Below are positions 17,945 through 29,958 of a DNA stretch of 33,097 nucleotides, one piece after another; position 1 is the stretch's first letter; each line of letters begins with the position of its first letter. Position numbers and translations under genes: made by a program. The stretch is from Candidatus Fervidifonticultor sextus. Its GTDB lineage: Bacteria; Sysuimicrobiota; Sysuimicrobiia; Sysuimicrobiales; Humicultoraceae. The DNA is taken from assembly GCA_031459875.1 (NCBI GenBank), contig JAVKHQ010000029.1, forward strand, positions 1 to 33,097, given 5' to 3'. The notes under the pieces are model-generated. The model made no database searches. It worked only from the letters and a program-made list of their open reading frames with translations, and was not told where the DNA came from.

Positions 17945-18979
17945 ATGAAGTCTGAGCGTCCCGCCTTCGGCATCATCGGCGCCGGCCACATCAGCGACTA
18001 CCATATTGTGGGCCTGCGTGAGGCCGGCGCCGAGGTGCTGGTCTTGTGCGGGCGCCGAGCCGAGGCGGTGCGCGCCAAGGCGGCGCGCTACGGCATCCCC
18101 CACGCGGTCACCGATCCTGAGGCGCTGCTGGCGCGGGACGACATCGACGCGGTGGTCATCGCGACCCCCGACGCCACCCACGAGCCGCTGGCCCTGGCCG
18201 CGGTGCGCGCGCGCAAGCCCATGCTGATCCAGAAGCCGATGGCGCGCAATGTCGCCGAGTGCCGCCGGATTCTGACGGCGGCCGAGGCGGCCCGGGTGCC
18301 GGTCTTCGTGAGCTTCATGCACCGGTACTTCGACGAAGTGGACGCCGCGCGCCGTCTGGTGGTCGAGGGGGCACTGGGCGCGGTGCAAAGCGTGCGGCAG
18401 CGGAACGCCACCCCCGGAGCCGGGTGGGCCGGGTGGTTCTACCGCCGGGCCGATGTGGGCGGTGGGGTGGTGCTGCAGCTCGGCACCCATGGGATCGACG
18501 TGCTGCGCCACCTGTTCGGAGATATCGTCCAGGTCTGGGCGACCACGGCGACGCTGCGTCGCCAGCGCGTGCTGGATGACGGGACGGTTGTGCGCCCGGA
18601 CAACGAGGACCACGCAGTGGCGATCTATCGGTTCGCCTCCGGGCTGCAGGCCGTACATGAGATGGACTACACCGAGGTGACCGGCACCGACCGGTTCCGG
18701 ATGGAGATCTACGGCGAGCGCGGTGTGGCGTGGCTGCGCACGGAGCGCGGGCGGCTGGCGGTCGCCCTGCCCGATGCCAGCGGCCGCCCCGCGTGGTCTG
18801 CGGTTGACCTGCCGCCCGAGTGTCCGGGGCCCAGACAACACGCGCACCTGATTGCCATGCTGCGGGGCGAGGTGCCTCCGGACGACTCGGCCCGGGCCGG
18901 GTTGCACGCGGCGCTCGTGGCCGAGGCGATCTACCGGTCGGCGGCTTCGGGCCACTGGGAGGACGTTGAACGGCCGTGA
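17945..18979 (+). CDS. Gfo/Idh/MocA-family oxidoreductase
   Basis: GIIGAGHIS, IDAVVIATPDATH, QKPMA, GGGVVLQLGTHGID, EIYGERG. Confidence 0.92.
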   Translation: MKSERPAFGIIGAGHISDYHIVGLREAGAEVLVLCGRRAEAVRAKAARYGIPHAVTDPEALLARDDIDAVVIATPDATHEPLALAAVRARKPMLIQKPMARNVAECRRILTAAEAARVPVFVSFMHRYFDEVDAARRLVVEGALGAVQSVRQRNATPGAGWAGWFYRRADVGGGVVLQLGTHGIDVLRHLFGDIVQVWATTATLRRQRVLDDGTVVRPDNEDHAVAIYRFASGLQAVHEMDYTEVTGTDRFRMEIYGERGVAWLRTERGRLAVALPDASGRPAWSAVDLPPECPGPRQHAHLIAMLRGEVPPDDSARAGLHAALVAEAIYRSAASGHWEDVERP

Positions 18980-20028
18980 GGGCGCCGGTCAGGGTCGGCC
19001 TGCTCAGCTTTGCCCACTACCACGCCGAGTTCTGGGCGCGGGCGGTGGCAGGCCATCCCGAGGCGCGCCTGGCGGGTGTGTGGGACGACAACCGGCCCAG
19101 GGGAGAGGCGGCCGCCGCCCGGCACGGCACCCGGTACTTCGATGAACTGGGAGCCCTGTTGCGCGAGTGCGACGCGGTGGGCGTGACCTCCGAGACGGTT
19201 CGGCACGCCGACCTCGTGGAGGAAGCGGCCCGCGCCGGCGTGCACATCCTGTGCGAGAAGCCCATGGCGGCCTCGCTCGCCGACTGCGATCGCATTCAGC
19301 GGGCCGTGGAAGCCTCGGGGGTCACCTTCATGCAGAACTTTCCCAAGCGCTTCGATCCGGTCAACCACGAGCTGGTCGCCCGGGTTCACCGGGGCGAGCT
19401 CGGCCGGGTCGTCCTGGTCCGGGTCCGGCACGGCCACGGGCAGGGCCACCAGCCGGAGTTCCTGCGGCTATGGTATGTCGATCCCGATCTCGCCGGCGGC
19501 GGGACGCTGCTCGACGAGGGCGTCCACGCGGCGGACTTTCTCCTGTGGCTGCTGGGCCCGCCCGAACGGGTGACCGCGGTGGTCTCACACCGGGCGCTGC
19601 AGTTGCGCACCGAGGATACGGCTGCGGCGATCTTCACATTCCCGGACGGCGGCCTGGCCGAGGTGGCCACCAGTTGGATCTTCGTGGCGGCCGAGCAATC
19701 GGTGGAGATCTATGGGACCGAAGGGACCGCCCTGCTCCTAGGCGTCGACCTGGCGTCACGGGCATTTACGCGTCCTCCCCATCTTAAGGTCTTCCGGCGC
19801 GGGGACGCGGCAGGCAGGTGGGAGTCGTCGCCCACGGCGACGTCCTTCGGCGACGAGCGTTTTCATCAGGGTGGCCCCAGACACTTCATCGACTGCCTGC
19901 GCAGGGGGCGGCGGCCGTCACTGGGCGTGGAGGAGGGCCGCCGGGCGGTCGAGATGATTCTCGCGGCGTACCGCGCCGCGGCCAGCGGGCGCAGCGAACC
20001 CGTGATATTCGGTAGGAGGCGCCCATGA
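18976..20028 (+). CDS. Gfo/Idh/MocA-family oxidoreductase
   Basis: HILCEKPMA, GGGTLLDEGVHAAD, EIYGTEG; GTGA overlap. Confidence 0.92.
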   Translation: MRAPVRVGLLSFAHYHAEFWARAVAGHPEARLAGVWDDNRPRGEAAAARHGTRYFDELGALLRECDAVGVTSETVRHADLVEEAARAGVHILCEKPMAASLADCDRIQRAVEASGVTFMQNFPKRFDPVNHELVARVHRGELGRVVLVRVRHGHGQGHQPEFLRLWYVDPDLAGGGTLLDEGVHAADFLLWLLGPPERVTAVVSHRALQLRTEDTAAAIFTFPDGGLAEVATSWIFVAAEQSVEIYGTEGTALLLGVDLASRAFTRPPHLKVFRRGDAAGRWESSPTATSFGDERFHQGGPRHFIDCLRRGRRPSLGVEEGRRAVEMILAAYRAAASGRSEPVIFGRRRP

Positions 20029-21545
20029 CGCTGCCGGGCTACGAAGGCCTTCGGGTGTACTTCGGGGATCTGCACAGCCATTGCGACGTGGGGTACGGCT
20101 ACGGCACGCCCGAGGATGCCTACACCAACGCCCGGCTGCAGCTCGACTTCGCCAGCGTGACCGCCCACGGGGGCTGGCCCGACATGCCTGCGTCCGATGC
20201 GCGTCTTGCCGACGTCGTCGAGTACCACCGGCGCGGTTTCGCTGCCGCAGCGGCGCGGTGGCCCCACCTGCGGGCCGTGACCAACGCGGCCAACGAGGAC
20301 GGACGGTTCGTCACGTTTCTCAGCTACGAATGGCACTCCCTGCGCTACGGCGACCACAACGTCTACTACCGGAACGGGGACGGGGAGATCGTGGAGGCGG
20401 CGGACCTGGACGGGCTGCGGCGAGCCCTGGGGGAGATCGCGGCCTCAGGCAGGCCGGTACTGCTCATCCCGCATCACATCGGATACCGGGCCGGCTATCG
20501 GGGCATTGACTGGGCGACGTTTGTGCCTGTGTGGTCGCCTGTTGTGGAGATCGTTTCCATGCACGGTGCCGCCGAGTCCGACGAGGCCCCCTATCCCTAT
20601 CTTCACACCATGGGGCCGCGCGACGGCCGGGGCACCATGCGGCACGGCCTCCGGTTGGGGAAGGTCTTCGGTGTCATCGGTTCCACCGACCATCACGCCG
20701 CCCACCCGGGCAGCTACGGCGGAGGCCGCGCTGGGGTCTGGGCCGCCGGCCTCACGCGTGAGGCGATCTGGGACGCGCTGACGCGGCGGCGGACGTACGC
20801 GCTGACCGGCGATCGCATCGTGCTCGCCTTCGCCATCAACGGACAGCCGATGGGGTCGGTTCTGGGCTCCACACGTCAACGGCATATCCAGGTGGCCGTC
20901 GAAGCCGGGGACACCATCGACTACGTGGATGTGGTGCACAACGGGAGACTGTTGCACAGGTGGACGCCCACCCCGGGTAAGGTGGCCTCCAGCACCTGGA
21001 AGGTTGTCCTGGAGCTGGGATGGGGTGATCGGGCCGCGCCTGTCACGTGGCGCGTGGACCTCAGCGTCGAGGGCGGTCGGCTGCTGGATGTGGAGCCGCG
21101 GCTGCGAGGCCACGATGTGGTGTCTCCCAGGGAAGGCGGCGGTGAGCACTTGGTCCTCAGCTCCTGGGAACGTCGCGGGGACCGGGCCCTGCTCGAGACT
21201 ACGACCAGAGGTAACCCCAATCCGTTGACGCCAGGCATCCAGGCGATCAGCCTCCACGTGGCTGGCGATGGGTCCACACGGTTTGCCGGTCGAATCAACG
21301 ATCGCGAGGTGGTCGTGCCGCTCGCCGCGTTGTGGGAAGGTGCGGAGGTTGGATATCTCGGCGGCTTCCGAACGCCGGCGTACCGCTTCAGCCGCGCGGT
21401 GAGCGCCACCGAGTTCTCAGGCTCATTTGCGCTGGAGCACAACGGGGAGGGCGAGGGGGGATGGTACTACGTCCGGGTCCGCCAGACGAACCATCAGTGG
21501 GCCTGGAGCTCCCCTATCTGGGTGGGGGCGCGGTCGAGCCCGTAA
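20025..21545 (+). CDS. PHP-like metallohydrolase (DUF3604-like)
   Basis: FGDLHSH, DFASVTAH, YEWH, GDHNVY, PHH, EIVSMHG, GVIGSTDHH, RRTYALTG, YYVRVRQ...AWSSPIWV. Confidence 0.82.
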   Translation: MTLPGYEGLRVYFGDLHSHCDVGYGYGTPEDAYTNARLQLDFASVTAHGGWPDMPASDARLADVVEYHRRGFAAAAARWPHLRAVTNAANEDGRFVTFLSYEWHSLRYGDHNVYYRNGDGEIVEAADLDGLRRALGEIAASGRPVLLIPHHIGYRAGYRGIDWATFVPVWSPVVEIVSMHGAAESDEAPYPYLHTMGPRDGRGTMRHGLRLGKVFGVIGSTDHHAAHPGSYGGGRAGVWAAGLTREAIWDALTRRRTYALTGDRIVLAFAINGQPMGSVLGSTRQRHIQVAVEAGDTIDYVDVVHNGRLLHRWTPTPGKVASSTWKVVLELGWGDRAAPVTWRVDLSVEGGRLLDVEPRLRGHDVVSPREGGGEHLVLSSWERRGDRALLETTTRGNPNPLTPGIQAISLHVAGDGSTRFAGRINDREVVVPLAALWEGAEVGYLGGFRTPAYRFSRAVSATEFSGSFALEHNGEGEGGWYYVRVRQTNHQWAWSSPIWVGARSSP

Positions 21546-21593
21546 TGGAGAGGCCCCCTTAGGTATCGCGCATCGGTGATCCGCCACCGAGCC

Positions 21594-21622
21594 TGGACAG
21601 GTGGGGCCCGCTGGCCTAGAAT
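21594..21622 (+). promoter_or_regulatory. Putative promoter TGGACA-N17-TAGAAT for tRNA-Leu-tig-clpPX
   Basis: -35 at 21594-21599, -10 at 21617-21622, upstream of the tRNA. Confidence 0.7.
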
Positions 21623-21650
21623 GACTCAGGAGCAAGGCAGGTACGACCCC

Positions 21651-21737
21651 GCGGGCGTAGCCGAACTGGTACAGGCGCCAGATTTAGGATCTGGTCGGCG
21701 CAAGCCGGTGGGGGTTCGAGTCCCTCCGCCCGCACCA
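21651..21737 (+). tRNA. tRNA-Leu (anticodon TAG)
   Basis: GCGGGCG acceptor strand, anticodon arm CCAGA-TTTAGGA-TCTGG, long variable arm CGGC-GCAA-GCCG, GGTTCGAGTCC, CCA; 87 nt; typical position upstream of tig. Confidence 0.96.
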
Positions 21738-21770
21738 CGCGAGCCCCTGTAGGCCGGCTGGGAGGTACCG

Positions 21771-23033
21771 ATGAAGGTGGAGTGGAGGCGCGAGCCGGGC
21801 AGCCGCGCCGTCCTGGAGGTTGAGGTTCCGGTCGAGGACGTCCAGCGGGAAGTTCGGGCCTCGGCCGCGCGGCTGGCCCGCCAGGTGCGCGTGCCGGGGT
21901 TCCGACCGGGCAAGGCGCCCCGGGCGGTGCTGGAGCGGTACGTCGGCCGCGACGAACTGTACAGCGAGGCCCTGGACGCCCTGGTCTCGTCGGCGTACCG
22001 GCAGGCCCTCGCCGAGGTGGGGGTCATTCCGGTGGGACGGCCCGAGTTCGACGTGCCGGCCCTGGACGAGACGCAGCCGCTCCGGTTCGTCGCCCGGGTG
22101 GACGTGGTCCCCGATGTGGATCCGGGGCCGTACGACCGGATCCGCATCCCCGTCGAGGAGCCGACGGTCACCGACGCCCATGTGGATGCCGCTATCGAGG
22201 AACTGCGCCGGCGGCGCGGCCGGCTGGTGTCGGTACAGGAGAGGGCCGCCCGGGGTGATTTCGTCCTGATCCGGCCGACGGTGGTGGAGGGGTCCAACCG
22301 CTTCCAGGTCGGCCGGGACGTGCTGGTCGAGGTCGGGGCCGGCGTGTTCCCGCCCGAGGTCGAGCAGGCCCTGGAGGGCGCGGCCGCGGGCGAGGAGCGG
22401 ACGGCGCAGTTCGACGAGGGGGGGCGGCTGGTCGCCACGGTCGTGGATGTCAAGCGGCGCGAGCTCCCCGTCCTCGACGACGCGTTTGCGAAGGCGGTCG
22501 CCGACGTGGCCACGGTCGAGGAGCTGCGCGCCCGCCTGCGGGAACGGCTGGCCGCCGATGCCGCGGCGCGGGCGCGCGAGGCGTACGAAGAGCAAGTCAT
22601 CGCGGGAGTCCTCGACGGCGCCTCGGTGGACCTGCCGGCCTCGCTGATAGACCATGAGATCGAGCACCTGGTGGCCGACCTCGAGGAGTCCTTGCATCGG
22701 CGCGGCTACACGCTGGCCGGCTACCTGGAAGGGGCCGGCAAGGACCAGGCGGCGCTGCGCGACGAACTGCGGCCGCGGGCCGAGCGGCGGTTGCGGCTGC
22801 GGCTGGTGCTGGATGAAATAGCGCGGCGGGAAGGGCTCGTTCCCACAAAGGAGGAGATCGCCGCGGAGGAGGAGAAGGTGGCGGCCGATCTGAAGCAGGA
22901 CCCGGCGAGGGTCCGTGAATGGCTGGATCGGGAGGGCCGGCGGGAGGCGATGGTGGCCATGCTGCGTCGCCGGAAGACCGTCGAGATGCTGGTGGCCCGT
23001 GCCCGGGGCGTCGGGAGCGGGGGGACCCCATGA
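21771..23033 (+). CDS. tig: Trigger factor
   Basis: Ribosome-binding signature [21 protein letters not shown]; tig-clpP-clpX-lon synteny. Confidence 0.95.
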   Translation: MKVEWRREPGSRAVLEVEVPVEDVQREVRASAARLARQVRVPGFRPGKAPRAVLERYVGRDELYSEALDALVSSAYRQALAEVGVIPVGRPEFDVPALDETQPLRFVARVDVVPDVDPGPYDRIRIPVEEPTVTDAHVDAAIEELRRRRGRLVSVQERAARGDFVLIRPTVVEGSNRFQVGRDVLVEVGAGVFPPEVEQALEGAAAGEERTAQFDEGGRLVATVVDVKRRELPVLDDAFAKAVADVATVEELRARLRERLAADAAARAREAYEEQVIAGVLDGASVDLPASLIDHEIEHLVADLEESLHRRGYTLAGYLEGAGKDQAALRDELRPRAERRLRLRLVLDEIARREGLVPTKEEIAAEEEKVAADLKQDPARVREWLDREGRREAMVAMLRRRKTVEMLVARARGVGSGGTP

Positions 23034-23635
23034 CGCTCATCCCGATGGTTGTCGAGCAGACCCCGCGCGGCGAGCGCGCCTACGACATCTACTCGCGCCT
23101 GCTCAAGGACCGCATCATCTTCCTGGGCGGCGGGATCGACGACGATACGGCCAACCTGGTCATCGCGCAGTTGCTCTACCTGGAGGGAGAAGATCCCGAC
23201 AAGGACATCATGCTCTACGTGAACAGCCCCGGAGGCGACCTGATTGCGTCGCTGGCCATCTACGACACGATGCAGTACGTGCGGCCGGATGTGGCGACGA
23301 TCTGCGTGGGGCTGGCGGCCAGCGGGGGCGCCCTGATCCTGGCCGGCGGCGCCAAGGGCAAGCGCTCGGCCCTGCCGTACTCCCGTATTATGATCCACCA
23401 GCCCTGGGGCGGCGCGCAGGGGACGACCGCCGACATCGACATCCAGGCCAAGGAGTTCCTCAAGATGCGGGCCCTGATGAACGAAATCCTGGCCCGCCAC
23501 ACCAATCAGCCCCTGGAGCGCATTGAGCGCGACACCGACCGGAACTTCTGGATGAGCGCGCAGGACGCCAAGGAGTACGGGATCATCGACGAGGTGATCC
23601 TGCCGCGGGAGAGGGTCAAGGCCAAGAAGGAGTAG
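23030..23635 (+). CDS. clpP: ATP-dependent Clp protease proteolytic subunit
   Basis: [32 protein letters not shown]; catalytic Ser (GLAASGG), His (IMIHQP) and Asp (DTDRN). Confidence 0.97.
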   Translation: MTLIPMVVEQTPRGERAYDIYSRLLKDRIIFLGGGIDDDTANLVIAQLLYLEGEDPDKDIMLYVNSPGGDLIASLAIYDTMQYVRPDVATICVGLAASGGALILAGGAKGKRSALPYSRIMIHQPWGGAQGTTADIDIQAKEFLKMRALMNEILARHTNQPLERIERDTDRNFWMSAQDAKEYGIIDEVILPRERVKAKKE

Positions 23636-23639
23636 GCCG

Positions 23640-24908
23640 ATGCTGCGGGGAGGCGACGAGCGCGACCGGATGAAGTGCTCCTTCTGCGGCAAGCCGCAAG
23701 AGCATGTGCGCAAACTCGTGGCCGGTCCCGGCGTCTACATCTGCGACGAGTGCATCGAACTGTGCAACGAGATCGTCGAGGAGGAACTGGCGGCCGATGA
23801 GCCGCGGCCCCAGTTCCGCCCGACGCCGAAACCCAAGGAGATCTACGAGATCCTCAACCAGTACGTCGTCGGGCAGGACCGCGCCAAGAAGGCGCTGTCG
23901 GTCGCCGTCTACAACCACTACAAGCGCATCGGGAACCGCCGGCCCAACGATGTGGAACTGCAGAAGTCCAACATCCTGCTGATCGGGCCCACCGGGTGCG
24001 GCAAGACCCTGCTGGCCCAGACCCTGGCGAGGATCCTGGACGTGCCGTTTGCGATCGCCGACGCCACGTCGCTGACTGAGGCAGGCTACGTCGGGGAGGA
24101 CGTGGAGAACATCCTGCTGCGCCTCATCCAGGCCGCCGATTACGATGTGAGGAAGGCCGAGCGCGGCATCGTCTACATCGACGAGGTGGACAAGATCGCC
24201 CGCAAGAGCGAGAACCCCTCGATCACCCGCGACGTCTCCGGTGAGGGCGTCCAGCAGGCGCTGCTGAAGATCCTGGAGGGGACGACCGCCAACGTCCCGC
24301 CCCAGGGCGGCCGCAAGCACCCGCATCAGGAGTTCATCCAGATCGACACCAGCAACATCCTGTTCATCTGCGGCGGTGCCTTCGAGGGGCTGGAGCGCAT
24401 CATCGAGTCGCGGACGCGGCAGACCAGCATCGGGTTCGGCGCGCACATCGAGCCGCGCAGCAAGCACCACCTAGCCGAGGTCCTGGGCCAGGTCATGCCC
24501 CAGGACCTGCTGCGCTACGGCCTGATCCCGGAGTTCATCGGCCGGCTGCCCGTCATCGTGCCGCTCGACCCGCTGGACGAGGCGGACCTGGTCATGGTGC
24601 TGGTGGAGCCCAAGAACGCGCTGGTGCGCCAGTACCAGCGGATTCTCGAGATGGATGGGGTGGAGCTGGTCTTCACCGACGAGGCGCTGCGGGCAATTGC
24701 CCGGGAGGCGATGGGCCGGAACACCGGCGCCCGGGGCCTGCGCACGATCATCGAGGAGATCATGCTGGACATCATGTATGAGATCCCCTCGCGGGGCGAC
24801 GTCCGGCGCTGCCTGGTCACCGAGGAGGCCGTCCTGAGGCGGAACGGCCCCCTCCTGCTCACCGCCGCGGACCTGAAGAAGCAGGTCCGTGAGAAGCCGG
24901 CATCCTAG
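23640..24908 (+). CDS. clpX: ATP-dependent Clp protease ATP-binding subunit
   Basis: C4 zinc finger CSFCGK...[28 protein letters not shown] loop, GARGLR. Confidence 0.98.
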   Translation: MLRGGDERDRMKCSFCGKPQEHVRKLVAGPGVYICDECIELCNEIVEEELAADEPRPQFRPTPKPKEIYEILNQYVVGQDRAKKALSVAVYNHYKRIGNRRPNDVELQKSNILLIGPTGCGKTLLAQTLARILDVPFAIADATSLTEAGYVGEDVENILLRLIQAADYDVRKAERGIVYIDEVDKIARKSENPSITRDVSGEGVQQALLKILEGTTANVPPQGGRKHPHQEFIQIDTSNILFICGGAFEGLERIIESRTRQTSIGFGAHIEPRSKHHLAEVLGQVMPQDLLRYGLIPEFIGRLPVIVPLDPLDEADLVMVLVEPKNALVRQYQRILEMDGVELVFTDEALRAIAREAMGRNTGARGLRTIIEEIMLDIMYEIPSRGDVRRCLVTEEAVLRRNGPLLLTAADLKKQVREKPAS

Positions 24909-24955
24909 CCGTCGCCGGTCCAGGTTCAGTAAAGGTTTTTTTATCGAACTTTCGC

Positions 24956-24994
24956 GTCCCTCGGGGCGGGCAGAGAGGCCCGCGGGGACTTTTT
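24956..24994 (+). terminator. Possible intrinsic terminator between clpX and lon
   Basis: Imperfect GTCCCTCGGG...CCCGCGGGGAC stem followed by TTTTT. Confidence 0.4.
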
Positions 24995-25011
24995 GGGCAT
25001 CCTGGAAACCG

Positions 25012-25038
25012 GGAACACCACAGGCCGCCCCGGCGTTT
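25012..25038 (+). promoter_or_regulatory. Putative ECF-sigma promoter GGAAC-N17-CGTTT upstream of lon
   Basis: GGAAC 25012-25016, 17-nt spacer, CGTTT 25034-25038. Confidence 0.6.
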
Positions 25039-25089
25039 ATCACCGTGATAGAGGATGCGCGCCCTGATCAGGGCACTGAGGAGGTACGC

Positions 25090-27549
<2,460 letters not shown>

Positions 27550-27726
27550 GGGGGGTCGCGGGTTCGTCCGCGGCGGATTTGAGTAGAGTACGAGCTTACT
27601 CACCCCGGACGTGATGCCTTGTGGCAGGGGCGCGCCGTCGGCCTCGAACGTGAGCTCGGGCGCGGACAGCATGTTCGTGGTCGGCACCGGCGGGCGCAGC
27701 CTCCATCCTTTCCGGAGCGTCCCGGA

Positions 27727-28002
27727 GCGTCGCTGCGGGCCGGGTTCGCCAACTCGGAGATCCCGCAGATTCACGGCACGCGCATGATCCGCCGGGCGTA
27801 CGTCCCTGGCGGCCGCGCGGCCACGCAGCTCGAAGACCTGCGCATGGCGCAGGCGCTGTCGACGCTGGCTGGGGTCAGGCTGCCGCACCTCGAGAGCGCG
27901 GTGGCGCTCTACCAGGCGCTGGTCGCCCGCGGCCGGGGCGACCTCGACCATTCGGCGCTCCACCCGCTGCTCTGGGAAAATTCCGGCGAGGCCCCGGGCT
28001 GA
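27727..28002 (+). pseudogene. C-terminal remnant of a 2-hydroxy-3-oxopropionate reductase / beta-hydroxyacid dehydrogenase (NAD_binding_11 domain)
   Basis: SLRAGFANSEIPQIHGTRMIRRAYVPGG...QLEDLRMA...LP......LYQALVARGRGDLDHSAL matches the GlxR/MmsB C-terminal domain. No Rossmann N-terminus upstream. Confidence 0.7.
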
Positions 28003-28024
28003 GCGAGGTGTCCTCACGGGCGCC

Positions 28025-29470
28025 TCATGGCCGAGCGACGCTCCTGGCCGCCTGGTAGCGCGCCTGCGCCCGGACCCGCGCCGCGGCGTGGTCCACAAGC
28101 GGCGCCGGGTAGTCGCGTCCAATCCGACAGTCCGCCGCGCGCTGCGTCTCCGATGGCATCGTCCACGGCTCATGGATGTACTGATCGGGCACACGCGCCA
28201 GCTCGGGTACCCACTGCCGGACGTAGGTGCCGTGCGGGTCGGTGCGCCTGCCCTGGAGGGTGGGATTGAAGGTACGGAAGTAGGGCGCGGCGTCGGTGCC
28301 CACCCCGGCGGTCCACTGCCAGCCACCGGTGTTGGCGGCCGGATCCCCATCGAGCAACAGGCGCATGAAGTGCCGCTCACCGTGACGCCAGTCGATCAAG
28401 AGGTCCTTGACCAGGAATGAGGCCACGATCATCCGGGCCCGATTAGGGATCCAGCCGGTGCGGGCGAGCTGGCGCATCGCCGCATCCACAATGGGAAACC
28501 CCGTGAGGCCGGCCTGCCAGGCCGCAAGGCCGTCAGGGTCGTCGTTCCACCGGATGCCGCGCAGGGCGGGGCGGAACTCCTGCTCGAGCACATGGGGAAA
28601 GTGGCGCAGGATCGCGGCATAAAACTCGCGCCAGATCAACTCGCCGATGTAGACGCGCACGCTCTGGCACGCCGACGCATCGGGCGCGAGGCGCATCGCC
28701 CGGTGCGCCGCAGCCAGGACCTCGCGCGCCGAGACCATGCCGAAGCGCAGATAGGGCGACAGGCGCGAGGTGCCATCGAGGTCCACCCGGTCTCGTGTGG
28801 CCGCGTATCGGTAGATGGGCGCGTCGGCACCTGCTGCGAAGGCCGCTAGACGCTTACGCGCCGCCTGCTCCCCAGGCGGGAACCCTTCGAACCCCGGAGC
28901 GGAGGCCGGAATCTCCTCTGTGGCAAGGGTCTCCGGCACGGCGAGGCGCGAGGGCGGGGCGATCGGCGCGAGGTGCTCGGTCGCGACCGCCGCCTCCCAG
29001 GCCCGGCGGAAGGGTGTGAAGATCCTGTAGGGTGACCCCTCCGGCCCTGTGACGCGGTCCGGCGGAACCACGGTCACACCGCCCACAAGCTGCAGCGGCA
29101 GATGCGCGGCGACCCGTGCGTCACGCCGCTGCGCATAGGGTGAAACATCGGCCTGCGCTACGATCACCTCGGCGCCCGTCTCGCGGACGACCTGCGCGAG
29201 CACGCGGTGAGGACGGCCGCGCCGGACAACCAGGCGCCCGCCCCGCGCTCGCAGGTCCTGGTCCAGTGTCCTCAGGCCGGCGAAGAGAAACGCCGTGCGG
29301 CCCGGCGAGGCGTCAGGCGACGAGAGCAACGCCGGATCGAGGATGAACAGAGGCACGACACTCCGCCCGCGTTCCAGGGCCGCGGCCAGGGCCGGGTTGT
29401 CGTGGAGGCGCAGGTCGCGGCGAATCCACCAGACGGCCACTCCGCCTGCGCTGCGGCGTCGCCTTCTCAC
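28025..29470 (-). CDS. phr: Deoxyribodipyrimidine (CPD) photolyase
   Basis: WWIRRDLRLHDNPAL, TSRLSPYLRFG, ELIWREFY, TGFPIVDAAMRQL, NRARMIVASFL, GGWQWTAG. GTG 29470 overlaps the SRPBCC stop. Confidence 0.95.
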   Translation of the reverse strand: MRRRRRSAGGVAVWWIRRDLRLHDNPALAAALERGRSVVPLFILDPALLSSPDASPGRTAFLFAGLRTLDQDLRARGGRLVVRRGRPHRVLAQVVRETGAEVIVAQADVSPYAQRRDARVAAHLPLQLVGGVTVVPPDRVTGPEGSPYRIFTPFRRAWEAAVATEHLAPIAPPSRLAVPETLATEEIPASAPGFEGFPPGEQAARKRLAAFAAGADAPIYRYAATRDRVDLDGTSRLSPYLRFGMVSAREVLAAAHRAMRLAPDASACQSVRVYIGELIWREFYAAILRHFPHVLEQEFRPALRGIRWNDDPDGLAAWQAGLTGFPIVDAAMRQLARTGWIPNRARMIVASFLVKDLLIDWRHGERHFMRLLLDGDPAANTGGWQWTAGVGTDAAPYFRTFNPTLQGRRTDPHGTYVRQWVPELARVPDQYIHEPWTMPSETQRAADCRIGRDYPAPLVDHAAARVRAQARYQAARSVARP

Positions 29471-29958
29471 AGCCGCCGCGTCGGCGCGCGCCCCTCGGCC
29501 CGTGCCGCGAAGTGCTCCTCGAGAGCACGCCGCCGGAACTCGAAGATCTCTTGGAGCCGTGGAGCCACCACCAGGCGACTGACGATCAGGCCTAGCCATC
29601 CCAGAGGCAGCGCGTAGTGAACGATGTCCTCCATCTCGACGCCGCCCGGGACCTCGCGGAAGAGGTGCTGGTGATGCCAGAAGCGATACGGCCCGAGGCG
29701 CTGCTCGTCCACGAACAGGTGCGGTTCGCAGACGTGCGTGATCTCCGTCACCCATGTCACGGGAATGCCCGCCACCGGACGCACACGGTAGGTGATGAGG
29801 AGCCCGGCGTAGGCGCGGTCGAGCAGGGGCGAGAGGATCTCGAAGCGCATCCACGGCGGTGTGAGCCGGCTGAGGTTGCGGGGATCGGAAAAGAACGCCC
29901 AGGCATCCGAGATCGCCACCGACAGACGCTGCACGGTTCGGAGAGACTGCAGCCTCAT
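29467..29958 (-). CDS. SRPBCC-family (START-like ligand-binding) protein
   Basis: WAFFSDPRNLSRLTPPW, WVTEITH, FVDEQRLGPYRFWHHQH, IFEFRRRAL. Confidence 0.88.
   Translation of the reverse strand: MRLQSLRTVQRLSVAISDAWAFFSDPRNLSRLTPPWMRFEILSPLLDRAYAGLLITYRVRPVAGIPVTWVTEITHVCEPHLFVDEQRLGPYRFWHHQHLFREVPGGVEMEDIVHYALPLGWLGLIVSRLVVAPRLQEIFEFRRRALEEHFAARAEGRAPTRRL

Noticed and set aside
27578..27602. TTGAGT...ACTCA inverted repeat after lon resembling an HspR HAIR box
   Set aside because: The spacer is 13 nt rather than 7, and the site is downstream of lon rather than in a promoter.
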